Of a DNA stretch of 64,000 nucleotides, positions 42,535 through 51,290 are shown in pieces; positions within the stretch are counted from its first letter, which is position 1, and each line of letters begins with the position of its first letter. The stretch spans positions 1,613,535 to 1,677,534 of the forward strand of contig OZ245938.1 in the NCBI GenBank assembly GCA_965230125.1. The letters run 5' to 3'. The position numbers and the translations under genes are program-made. Below the pieces are notes generated by a model. The model was given only the letters and a program-made list of their open reading frames with translations. It did no database searches and was not told the DNA's origin. The stretch comes from an uncultured Pseudohongiella sp. GTDB taxonomy: Bacteria; Pseudomonadota; Gammaproteobacteria; Pseudomonadales; Pseudohongiellaceae.

Positions 42535-45451
42535 TCTTACCTCCATTGGCGCGTCCGCGACCCAGGTTTACCGGCAGGCTCTGTCCACGGTCAGTAATAA
42601 TATTGCCAACCTGAATACCGAGGGCTATTCCCGCCAGGAAGCAGTGACCACCGCCAATGCACCTGCCCAACAGGGAGTGCACTATATTGGCACCGGCGCG
42701 CGCCTGGTGGCAGTGCAGCGCAACTATGACCAGTTCGTGGAAAGCAACCTGCGTCAGGGCCAGAGTCAGCTCAGTGCGCAAAGTCCGATGGTGGATTACA
42801 GTAGTCGCATACTCGATATTATGGGCGACGACAGCAGTTCACTGACCAGTGCCCTCGACCGGTTTTTCGAAAGCGCGAACAAGCTGGCGGTGGACCCGGC
42901 CTCACGCGCACTCCGCGGCGGAGTGCTGTCGTCCGGTGATTATCTGGCCAGTCGGACGCGGGATATCGCCGGACAGCTGGCAGATGTAGAGGCGGACTCC
43001 GCCGCAGCGCTTGACTCGGCCGTGGGGCAGTTGAATACGCTCGCGCAACAACTGGCAAAGATTAACGTTGAACTGGCCAGGAATAACAGTCTTGACCGTC
43101 AGCCTCCCACCCTGCTTGATCAGCGCGACAAACTGCTGAGAGACTTGTCGGAACTGGCCAGTCTGGCGGTGGAAGAAGCAGCTAACGGCGAAGTGGCTGT
43201 GCGTTTGGCCGGTTCATCCAGCGGTTCCTGGCTGGTGTCCCGTGGCGATATGCGCCGTTTGGACGTGGCATTCTCGCCGCTGGATGCGGGGAACCATGCC
43301 TTTATCGTTGACGCCTATGGCGCCAATATCAACGTGGCACCACCTGGTGGCGGCGAACTGGGTGGCTTGGTGTCATTTCGGGGTGAGGTGCTTAATCCAC
43401 TAGTCCAGAACATAGACCGCTTTGCGGAATCACTTGCCGCCGCCGTTAATGAGATTCACAGTTCAGGAATCAACCTCGAAAATCAGACCGGTCTTGATCT
43501 GTTCACTATTACCCAGCAAGTCGTTGCGCTGGACGCGAGCGGACAACTTGCGAATGAGGTCAGCGTGTCGGCGAGCGTTAATGCCGACAAACTGCAATCA
43601 GCGGTTCAGATTACCTACACCGGCAATAATCAGTGGTTGGTACAGGATAGTGACGGTAACAGCAAGGGGCAGGTGGAGGGACGGGATGAAGACGGGCTTT
43701 ATCGTCTCACGCTGGACGGGCTTGATCTGCGTTTCGCGCAAACCCCGGAAGCCGGCAAGACCTATGCGCTAGCGGCTACGACCGGCTCCGCCCGGAATAT
43801 GCGGCTGGCACTGACGGATGCGGCGTCTATTGCCGCCGGAGGCCGGCTTATTGCGTCCGCCCAGCCCGACAATGAACGTAGCTACGATATCTCCTTCGAT
43901 TACTCCGTCGCTGCTCCAGACGTCACAACAGGTATCGAACTGGCTGACCTGAACGGGCGCAATGTGCAGGCCAGGGTGACTACGCAATGGCTCGAGCCCG
44001 CAGTTACAGTTGCGCCGGACCTTGAAGAATTCGTCGTCAGCTTTCAGCCGTCAGTGGATTCCGAACAACATTTGCAAGTGTTGAATGCCGATTTCGCCCA
44101 TCTGCTGGGAACGGAATTGAGTGCTGACGAGCAAGGGCAACTCGCGCAAACTGGCGCTTTTACCAGCAACACGCTTTATCAGGATGCCACCCGGAATGAT
44201 CCAAATCACGGTATTTTCTATGGCTTTCGCAGCGGTCAGCAGGCCTTCACTAACGCAATTCCGTTGCAGCAAAATCAAACCGGTGGCTCAATTGACCTGA
44301 TTGCCAGCGGCGCCCTGTCGCTGAATGGTCACGATCTCCCGACACTGCAGTTAGCGGATGACAAAACACTGAGCGCAGCCGATTTGGCGACGTGGTTAAA
44401 CAATGAGACTGCGAGCACCGGGGTAACCGCCAGCGCCGAAACCGTCATCCGTTTGTCCGTCGATACCCTGAACTACCAGCAGAGTCTGGTGCTGAACGGC
44501 GAGACGGTATTTAACGGACTGGCGGAAGGAGTCTCGGGAACGCCGCAGCAGCTCATTGCCGCGATTAATGGGGCGACAGACACAACCGGCGTGGAAGCCT
44601 GGCTGGGTACTGACGGCCAGCTTAATTTGCGCAATGTACCTACCCGTGCCGGCGCCAATATACAGGTGGGCGTTGCTGCTGGGGAAACAGCGAACTTGTT
44701 TGGCTGGAGCGACACCCTGGTGACCGGCCGTCTGCGCCTGGAGGCGTCCGATACAGCCGGGGCCATTGCCCTTGAGCTGAACGAGACCGGTCGCCCTGCA
44801 GATTTGTCACGTCTCGGTCTGGCCACGGGGGTGTACGGCGACGGCCGGCGCGACAGCCTGCTACAGGTTTTTGTCAGTGCTGATCAGGCTGGTGAGGTCG
44901 ACCTTGTTCTGCAGGCTGGCGATCTGCTTGCGCCACAAGCCCCGACTAACGATCGTAGCTACCGGATTGAGTTTCTCGACAATGATATCTACGAGCTCAA
45001 GACCGGTGCCGGCACACTGTTGCGCAAGGCTCGCTATGACCATGAGGCGGGAATCGCGCTGTTCGATGCACAGGTACGCTTTGATCTGCAGCCGCGGGCC
45101 GGAGAAGGGTTTGTCATTAATCCCAATATCGATGCCAGCGGCGACAATCGCAATCTACTGGCCATTAATGACCTTGCTGATCAGGCACTTATAGATGATA
45201 TGACCATTGCTCAATTCTATGTTGACCAGGTGAACAAGGTAGGCACCGTTTCCGAGCTGTCGCAGTTGTCAAAGGAAGCGCTTCAGGTCGTTTATGATCA
45301 GGCGGAGGAAACCCGGGCCCGGGTGTCCGGGGTCAGCCTCGATCAGGAAGCGGCGGACCTGATCAGGTTTCAACAGGCTTACCAGGCTGCCGCACAGGTG
45401 ATACAGGTATCAACCCGTTTGTTCGACACTATCCTTGGTGTGGGACGTTAG
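42527..45451 (+). CDS. flgK: hook-filament junction protein FlgK (HAP1), unusually large (974 aa)
   Basis: GTG start. N-terminus LSTVSNNIANLNTEGYSRQ. C-terminus SGVSLDQEAADLIRFQQAYQAAAQVIQVSTRLFDTIL. Confidence 0.9.
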   Translation: MADLTSIGASATQVYRQALSTVSNNIANLNTEGYSRQEAVTTANAPAQQGVHYIGTGARLVAVQRNYDQFVESNLRQGQSQLSAQSPMVDYSSRILDIMGDDSSSLTSALDRFFESANKLAVDPASRALRGGVLSSGDYLASRTRDIAGQLADVEADSAAALDSAVGQLNTLAQQLAKINVELARNNSLDRQPPTLLDQRDKLLRDLSELASLAVEEAANGEVAVRLAGSSSGSWLVSRGDMRRLDVAFSPLDAGNHAFIVDAYGANINVAPPGGGELGGLVSFRGEVLNPLVQNIDRFAESLAAAVNEIHSSGINLENQTGLDLFTITQQVVALDASGQLANEVSVSASVNADKLQSAVQITYTGNNQWLVQDSDGNSKGQVEGRDEDGLYRLTLDGLDLRFAQTPEAGKTYALAATTGSARNMRLALTDAASIAAGGRLIASAQPDNERSYDISFDYSVAAPDVTTGIELADLNGRNVQARVTTQWLEPAVTVAPDLEEFVVSFQPSVDSEQHLQVLNADFAHLLGTELSADEQGQLAQTGAFTSNTLYQDATRNDPNHGIFYGFRSGQQAFTNAIPLQQNQTGGSIDLIASGALSLNGHDLPTLQLADDKTLSAADLATWLNNETASTGVTASAETVIRLSVDTLNYQQSLVLNGETVFNGLAEGVSGTPQQLIAAINGATDTTGVEAWLGTDGQLNLRNVPTRAGANIQVGVAAGETANLFGWSDTLVTGRLRLEASDTAGAIALELNETGRPADLSRLGLATGVYGDGRRDSLLQVFVSADQAGEVDLVLQAGDLLAPQAPTNDRSYRIEFLDNDIYELKTGAGTLLRKARYDHEAGIALFDAQVRFDLQPRAGEGFVINPNIDASGDNRNLLAINDLADQALIDDMTIAQFYVDQVNKVGTVSELSQLSKEALQVVYDQAEETRARVSGVSLDQEAADLIRFQQAYQAAAQVIQVSTRLFDTILGVGR

Positions 45452-45461
45452 GAGTACAGCG

Positions 45462-46382
45462 ATGAAGGTGGCAACCAATCAGTACTTTAATATGCTCACT
45501 CGCTACATGGGCGATCAGCAGGGCAAGATTGCCGAGTTGCAGGCCAAGCTTGCCACCGGTGACAACATGGTCAAGCCCAGTGCTGAACCGGATCTTGCTG
45601 CACAATCACTGCAGTTGCGGTCAACCATCAAGCGCCAGGAAACCTTTCTGCAAAACCTGACGGCACTGGACAGCCGGCTGCAACAGCAGGAAACCGCTAT
45701 TAGCGGCATGGAAAAAATGCTGGTGCGTATGCAGGAGCTGGCGGTCAGAGCTGCAAACGATACCTACAGTGCCTTGGATCGTGAGGCGATTGCTGTCGAA
45801 GTGCGGGGCTATCGCGATGAAATACTGGCCCTGGCAAACTCCCGGGACGGTAATGGCAACTACTATTTTTCCGGGATCAAGAGCACCACCAGGCCGTTTG
45901 TCGAAAATCAGTCTGGTGCTGTTGACTATCGCGGGGACGAAACCCGGATCGAGATTGATGTAGACGAAGGCAATCGGCTGACAATTAACATCGACGGTAA
46001 GACACTGCTACCGGATATTGTACGCAGCTCGGACGCCGGACCTGAAAAAGTTGCGACATTCGACGTTCTCGATGATTTTGCCAATGCTCTGAGCGCATCG
46101 GATGGCGATGGTATTCAGCAGGCCATTACCGACCTGGATATGGTAGCCAGCAATCTGCAGCAGCTCATGGTGGATATTGGGCTGCGCCGGACCGTCGTCG
46201 AGGCCAAACAGGAAATAATCGAAGAAAAAAAACTGGTGGTGGAGTCGATTCTTTCCAATGCCAGGGACCTCGATTACAACACCGCGGTCAGCCAACTGTC
46301 AGCCGAAATGCTGGCGCTGGAAGCTGCACAAAGCACTGTTGCCAAGGTTACTCAGCTCAGTTTGTTTAATTACCTCAGATAG
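45462..46382 (+). CDS. flgL: hook-filament junction protein FlgL (HAP3)
   Basis: Flagellin-like N-terminus and C-terminus (AVSQLSAEMLALEAAQSTVAKVTQLSLFNYL). ATG 45462 with AGGAG upstream. Confidence 0.85.
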   Translation: MKVATNQYFNMLTRYMGDQQGKIAELQAKLATGDNMVKPSAEPDLAAQSLQLRSTIKRQETFLQNLTALDSRLQQQETAISGMEKMLVRMQELAVRAANDTYSALDREAIAVEVRGYRDEILALANSRDGNGNYYFSGIKSTTRPFVENQSGAVDYRGDETRIEIDVDEGNRLTINIDGKTLLPDIVRSSDAGPEKVATFDVLDDFANALSASDGDGIQQAITDLDMVASNLQQLMVDIGLRRTVVEAKQEIIEEKKLVVESILSNARDLDYNTAVSQLSAEMLALEAAQSTVAKVTQLSLFNYLR

Positions 46383-46429
46383 TCAGTAAATTATCGCCAG
46401 CAGCGCGCGGCGCACGCAGGAGTTTTTTC

Positions 46430-47860
46430 ATGTCGACCGTTAACGACAGCGCAAGTCAAGCCTCGGGAATTATTCAGGCTCTGCAGCTTGGGTCAGGCGT
46501 CGATATTCAGGCGCTGGCCCGCAATCTTGCCGAGGCAGAAAATGCGCCCCGTATTGAGCAAGTGACGGCTCGACAGGATTCAGTGGAAGCACGCATATCC
46601 GGATACGGTCTGTTGTCAACGGGTCTGGACTCGTTGCGGCAGGGTTTCAGTAGTTTGGGCAGCTATTCTGGTCTGCGTCAGAACTCCGTGGAAGGTGTTG
46701 ACCCTTCGGTACTGGCCGCCAGCGTTGATGCCAATGCGCGAGCGGGTAGCTATGAGATTGATGTCACTCGATTGGCGACGTCCCAGACAGTCCGCTCCAA
46801 CAGTTTTAGCAGCACAACCCAGAGTCTCAACAGTGGCGCAGCCTTCAGTCTGAACGTGACGGTAGGGGCAAGCAATCCTACCCTGCACACGGTAAACATA
46901 ACCGATGCGACGCCCGCGGGTGTGGTCAACGCCGTCAATTCTGCGGACATTGGCATCAGTGCTACCTTGGTCAATAAAAGTGCGGCTGGCGACGATTGGT
47001 ATATCTTGCTGCAGGGGGAAACCGGCACGGAAAACAGTTTTAGCGTTGCGGCCGTGGCTGGTCTCGGGTTCGACGATGCAGCCAATCAATTGACCAGTGC
47101 CGGCAACGCGCAACTGAGCGTTAATGGCTTGACTCAGATCGAACGCGCCAGCAACACCATTGATGATGTGATCACGGGACTTTCCATGTCGTTGAAAAAG
47201 GCCGGTGGCGACACGCAACTGTTAACGGTCAGCCAGTCCACCGAGCCACTTCGTTTCGCGATAAATGACCTGGTAATCAGGTTTAATGATCTGCAGACCA
47301 TTACCAATGATTTGACTAATCCTGATTCCCAGGCCAACGACTATTCCGGCTCCCTGGCGCGCGACAAAGCGCTGGCCAACGCGCTGATGCGTGAAGCTCG
47401 AGCCCTTTTCGAGATTGAGTCTGGCTCGCCATCCGGTGGCTTGATCACCATGAAAGACCTGGGGCTGAGCTTTCAGCGTGACGGTTCTCTGGCTCTTGAT
47501 GAGGCTGTGTTTGGTGGCTTGCTTGCCGCGCAACCAGATGATGTACTGCAGATGCTGACCGCGGGTAATGACAGTGAGAACAGCTTTAGTACCGATGAGC
47601 AGGGCTTGGCGACTGATCTGGCGGCGCAGTTGGAAGGTATTCTGGATAACAACGGTATGGTACAGCTTCGTATCAACGCGGCGCAGGATCAGGTGGACGA
47701 TTATCAAACTGAACTGGATCGCCTGGAACAACGACTGGAAGCGGCGCGGGTAAGGTATGTCCAGCAGTTTGCTGCCATGGAGGCGTTTGTGGAAAGGACT
47801 CAGGGCATCGGTGATTATCTTGAGGGCCAGTTTGAGGCCATGAACAAGATGTACGATTAG
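46430..47860 (+). CDS. fliD: flagellar filament cap protein FliD
   Basis: N-terminus GSGVDIQALARNLAEAENAPRIEQVTARQDSVEARISGYG. C-terminal coiled coil QDQVDDYQTELDRLEQRLEAARVRYVQQFAAME. Confidence 0.85.
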   Translation: MSTVNDSASQASGIIQALQLGSGVDIQALARNLAEAENAPRIEQVTARQDSVEARISGYGLLSTGLDSLRQGFSSLGSYSGLRQNSVEGVDPSVLAASVDANARAGSYEIDVTRLATSQTVRSNSFSSTTQSLNSGAAFSLNVTVGASNPTLHTVNITDATPAGVVNAVNSADIGISATLVNKSAAGDDWYILLQGETGTENSFSVAAVAGLGFDDAANQLTSAGNAQLSVNGLTQIERASNTIDDVITGLSMSLKKAGGDTQLLTVSQSTEPLRFAINDLVIRFNDLQTITNDLTNPDSQANDYSGSLARDKALANALMREARALFEIESGSPSGGLITMKDLGLSFQRDGSLALDEAVFGGLLAAQPDDVLQMLTAGNDSENSFSTDEQGLATDLAAQLEGILDNNGMVQLRINAAQDQVDDYQTELDRLEQRLEAARVRYVQQFAAMEAFVERTQGIGDYLEGQFEAMNKMYD

Positions 47861-47943
47861 GCCAGTTGTCTGCAGGTAGTGGTCATGGCGGTGAGTATTC
47901 CGGTAGCGACCACAGTCCGGCGAGCCTGGGTGGATGGGACAAA

Positions 47944-48168
47944 ATGAAGACTGACCGGGAACGGCCAAAAGACACCTGTGTCATGTGTCGGATCATCCGT
48001 ATCTACCTGATGATCGGTGCGCCAATCGTGGTGATGATGATGCTGGGGCTACAGGCAGATGCACTCCGGGGCATTATGCTGACCAATATTTTTGCAGTAA
48101 TGGTCGCCGTTGCGTTTGTAGCGCTGGTGGCCTGGAAAGCCTACGATGAGTTCTGGCGACACAAGTAA
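47944..48168 (+). CDS. small hypothetical membrane protein (74 aa)
   Basis: ATG 47944 gives MKTDRERPKDTCVMCRIIRIYLMIGAPIVVMMMLG... with two hydrophobic helices. Follows fliD on the same strand. Confidence 0.35.
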   Translation: MKTDRERPKDTCVMCRIIRIYLMIGAPIVVMMMLGLQADALRGIMLTNIFAVMVAVAFVALVAWKAYDEFWRHK

Positions 48169-48421
48169 TCCCGGCGAAACCCAGCCAATCGAGCCTCAAT
48201 GTGCAGACTGCCAGTTCTTCTATATCACCTGGGAGCTGAATCAGCGTTACGGCTGTCGCGCCTTCGGATTCAAAAGTCAGCAGCTCCCCTGCCGTGTGGT
48301 CCTGCAAGTGGATGGCAACCCCTGTAACAGTTACCGCAGTCTCAGTGCTGCCAGTGCGGATGCCGACTCAGATGAAGCGTCCGGATTGCCCAAATCTGGC
48401 CGCATCGATCTTAAAATTTGA
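48146..48421 (+). CDS. small Cys-rich hypothetical protein (91 aa)
   Basis: CADCQFFYITWELNQRYGCRAFGFKSQQLPCRVVLQVDGNPCNSY contains five Cys, including a CxxC. Overlaps the preceding small ORF by 23 nt. I cannot name the family. Confidence 0.4.
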   Translation: MSSGDTSNPGETQPIEPQCADCQFFYITWELNQRYGCRAFGFKSQQLPCRVVLQVDGNPCNSYRSLSAASADADSDEASGLPKSGRIDLKI

Positions 48422-48452
48422 AGTCTTGAGTTGTTGGCGTGCGGTTGCGGGA

Positions 48453-48986
48453 TTATTGGTCCAGAACGAGCAGGAAAGGATAGGTATTGCTACGAGATTC
48501 CCGGCAGGACAAATCGCCCTGATAGGTGTACACCGCGCAGCGAAAGCTGTCGTTATGCAGTGAGTCACTGGATGTCCAATGGTTGGCCACGTCAATGGCC
48601 GGAAAGACGAAGTGGTTGGTTGACGGGTTGCGACAGCTTTTCTCCTGGATTGCTCGCAGTTCCCGGTTAGTGGGCAGTCGCCACGGGCGTCCGCTGGCTG
48701 CGGAAAACTCGTCCGCATAGGCCATGGCTTCGTCCCAGGTGGAGCGCAACATTTCGCCGCGGCAACGACTGGCAGCGAACGTCATCCCAGCGGGGCAACG
48801 GTACCAGGTGGTTGCGGATTGCTGATGACGGGCCAGGCCATCGCCAGTGGCGATGAATCCGGGAGTTTGCGCGACGGTGAAGAAGTCTGCGCACGACGGC
48901 GGGGATTTGAAAAAATCACAGCCGGACAACAGGCAGGCCAGGCTGGCTAGCACTACAGTTTTGAGAACGTGGTGTCGATTGAACAT
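48453..48986 (-). CDS. lipoprotein with DUF1566 (Lcl C-terminal-like) domain
   Basis: Lipobox LLSGC. WYRCPAG...WDEAMAYA....RPWRLPTNRELRAI resembles the DUF1566 pattern. Start ATG 48986. Confidence 0.55.
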   Translation of the reverse strand: MFNRHHVLKTVVLASLACLLSGCDFFKSPPSCADFFTVAQTPGFIATGDGLARHQQSATTWYRCPAGMTFAASRCRGEMLRSTWDEAMAYADEFSAASGRPWRLPTNRELRAIQEKSCRNPSTNHFVFPAIDVANHWTSSDSLHNDSFRCAVYTYQGDLSCRESRSNTYPFLLVLDQ

Positions 48987-49068
48987 ATACGTGGTTGATT
49001 TCTTGCGCTTCGGTTCATTGCTGGGCAGGACTCTACTGGATTTGTCGCACAACGCAAGCAACAGACTA

Positions 49069-49086
49069 TTGTTGATACCAATTGAT
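49069..49086. repeat. 18-bp motif TTGTTGATACCAATTGAT, copy 2
   Basis: Exact match to 24463-24480. Lies in the divergent spacer between the DUF1566 gene (83 bp away) and pomA (135 bp away). Confidence 0.5.
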
Positions 49087-49220
49087 GCATTGAATCACTT
49101 GTCGAGTGCTCCAGCGTTGATGAGATTATAGTCAGCGTGCCATAACTGCAATATGCGTTTGGTGCCGCGTTCGCTGCCTTCAACTGCAACTCATTTACTA
49201 GTACCTGGAGCTTTCTGAAC

Positions 49221-49976
49221 ATGGATCTCGCAACGATTATCGGTCTGCTTGGAGCATTCGGCATGATCGCCATGTCGATCAGCCAGCCCTCGGCATTTAT
49301 CGATACTCCCTCTATGCTCATCGTGGTTGCCGGCTCGATCATGGTGGTGCTGTTCCGCTCATCCCTTGGCGAGTTTCTGGGTGCGATCAAAGTGATGGGC
49401 AAGACCTTCAAGAACAAGCTGGATAAACCGGAAGATCTGGTTCACAAACTGGTTGAACTGGCCACTATCGCTCGCAAAGACGGCATGATTGCGCTGGAAG
49501 GGCAGGATATTCCCAACTCCTTTATGGCCAAGGGCATCAGCATGCTGGTGGATGGGTCGGATCCGGAAATGATCAAGAAGTCATTGGACCAGGACAATGC
49601 AGCCATGAAGCAACGTCACAAGATGGGGGCAGATATTTTCAGCGCCTGGGGTGAAATTGCCCCAGCCATGGGGATGATCGGCACGCTGATTGGTCTGGTG
49701 CAAATGCTGGGCAATATGGATGACCCAAAGGCGATCGGGCCGGCCATGGCGGTAGCGTTGTTGACAACAATGTACGGTGCGATTCTCGCTAACGTCATTT
49801 GCTTGCCAATCTCCATGAAACTGCGCAACCAGTCCGACCTTGAGGCGCATAACTGCGAACTGATCATCGAAGGTGTTCTGTTTATTCAGGGCGGCGGTAA
49901 TCCGCGTGTTCTTACCGACTACCTGGCCTCGTTTGTGGCACCCAAGGAGCGTGCCAAACTGGAAGCTGCAGCTTAG
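49221..49976 (+). CDS. pomA: flagellar stator channel protein MotA/PomA
   Basis: A 251-aa four-TM protein. IAPAMGMIGTLIGLVQML and GPAMAVALLTTMYGAILANVICLPI are the MotA/PomA TM3-TM4 motifs. Confidence 0.9.
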   Translation: MDLATIIGLLGAFGMIAMSISQPSAFIDTPSMLIVVAGSIMVVLFRSSLGEFLGAIKVMGKTFKNKLDKPEDLVHKLVELATIARKDGMIALEGQDIPNSFMAKGISMLVDGSDPEMIKKSLDQDNAAMKQRHKMGADIFSAWGEIAPAMGMIGTLIGLVQMLGNMDDPKAIGPAMAVALLTTMYGAILANVICLPISMKLRNQSDLEAHNCELIIEGVLFIQGGGNPRVLTDYLASFVAPKERAKLEAAA

Positions 49977-49998
49977 CCTCGCGGTGCATCACTGAGCT

Positions 49999-51270
49999 AT
50001 GGCCGAGAGTGACGCACAGGATCAGTCCGAAGCACCCCCGCCCGCCGATAAGGACACGGTGGCGGTCGCCCCTGAGGGTACAGGCCCCGGGGAAATCGAC
50101 GCTCAGGACGCTGCTATCGACAATCCGGAAGCGGCCGATGGCGGTGGCGCGCCGCTGGATGATTCTGGCGACGAGGAGTGTCCTCCCTGCAAAGGCGGGG
50201 CCCCAGGCTGGATGGCCACCTTTGCCGATATGGCCACACTGCTGATGGCCTTCTTCGTGCTGATTCTGTCCTTCTCCGATACCGAATTACCCAAGTTCGA
50301 GCAGATCAATGGCTCAATACAGGCCGCCTTTGGCATCAAAAAAATTATTCCCACCATTACTATCCCCATGGCGCGCAGCATCATTGTGGAGGACTTCACG
50401 CCAGCACTGGCCGAGCCCACGGTGGTTGACCGGCGGGAGCAACAGGCGGAAAACCCCAATGACCCCTTTGTGCAGAAAAAAACCGAGGAGTTCTCGGAGG
50501 ATTTTCCGATCGAGGAACAGTACCGCGTGGTCGAGGCAGAACTTGCAGAAGCGATCGAACAAGGGCAGGTCAGCGTGCGCATTGTCGATGAGCGTCTGGT
50601 AGTGGAGGTGACGTCTCCAGCCAGTGGCGGTGGCGACGGCCAGGCTGGAATGCAAAGCCGTGACGCCGGTAGCGTTGATCAGCCGCTACTGGACATTGCC
50701 GCGCAAGTGGTAGCGGTGCAGTCTCAGGTGACCGCTGAAGTACAGGTTTACGTCAATGCGCCGGGTGCCACCGACTCAGAGGTGAACGATAGCAGCAGTG
50801 CGCAGTCCGGGGCCGGAGAACCCAGTGCTCAGGAGCGTTTCGAGCGCATCTCTGTCGCGCTGAATACTGATATCGAACAGGGGCGGGTGGAAGTTGAACG
50901 CCAGGGAGATGCAGTGGTGGTCAGGCTGGCCTCTCAGGGGAGCTTTGTCTCCGGTAGCGCGGATTTGCAGAACCAGTTTCTGCCGCTGCTGACCCGGGTC
51001 GGTCAGAGTGTTGCTGAGGGTGGTGGTCGTATTAACGTGGAAGGACATACGGATAACATTCCTATCGCGTTCAGTGAGCAGTTCAATTCCAATTGGGATT
51101 TGTCGGCCGCGCGCGCCGCGTCTGTGGCGGACTTCTTTAACAATCAGCTGGTGATCGACGAATCGCGACTTGAGGTGCTCGGTTATGCCGATACCCGACC
51201 ATTGGCCTCCAACGCCAGTGCCGATGGCCGTTCGCAAAACCGTCGTATTGAAATCGTCGTGGATAACTAG
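49999..51270 (+). CDS. pomB: PomB/MotB-type stator protein, paralog 1 (423 aa)
   Basis: CPPCKGGAPGWMATFADMATLLMAFFVLILSFS is a Vibrio PomB-like Cys motif plus a TM segment with the conserved Asp. OmpA-like C-terminus EGHTDNIPI...SNWDLSAARAASV...NRRIEIVV. Long acidic N-terminus and linker. Confidence 0.85.
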   Translation: MAESDAQDQSEAPPPADKDTVAVAPEGTGPGEIDAQDAAIDNPEAADGGGAPLDDSGDEECPPCKGGAPGWMATFADMATLLMAFFVLILSFSDTELPKFEQINGSIQAAFGIKKIIPTITIPMARSIIVEDFTPALAEPTVVDRREQQAENPNDPFVQKKTEEFSEDFPIEEQYRVVEAELAEAIEQGQVSVRIVDERLVVEVTSPASGGGDGQAGMQSRDAGSVDQPLLDIAAQVVAVQSQVTAEVQVYVNAPGATDSEVNDSSSAQSGAGEPSAQERFERISVALNTDIEQGRVEVERQGDAVVVRLASQGSFVSGSADLQNQFLPLLTRVGQSVAEGGGRINVEGHTDNIPIAFSEQFNSNWDLSAARAASVADFFNNQLVIDESRLEVLGYADTRPLASNASADGRSQNRRIEIVVDN

Positions 51271-51290
51271 ATTGGATAGACAGGTGAACC

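Noticed and set aside
49081-49108. ATTGA-N15-GTCGAGTG upstream of pomA, considered as a fifth sigma28-type promoter. A similar GTCGAGTT box lies at 21221-21228 on the minus strand.
   Set aside because: The -10-like box resembles GTCGAA but the -35 position lacks TAAAG. The 21221 box is only 13 nt from the start codon. Both are too weak to call.
49160-49174. TGGTGC-CGCGT-TCGC about 50 bp upstream of pomA, considered as a sigma54 promoter.
   Set aside because: Only the minimal GG/GC dinucleotides and the spacing match. Such minimal matches are expected by chance in a 160-bp spacer.
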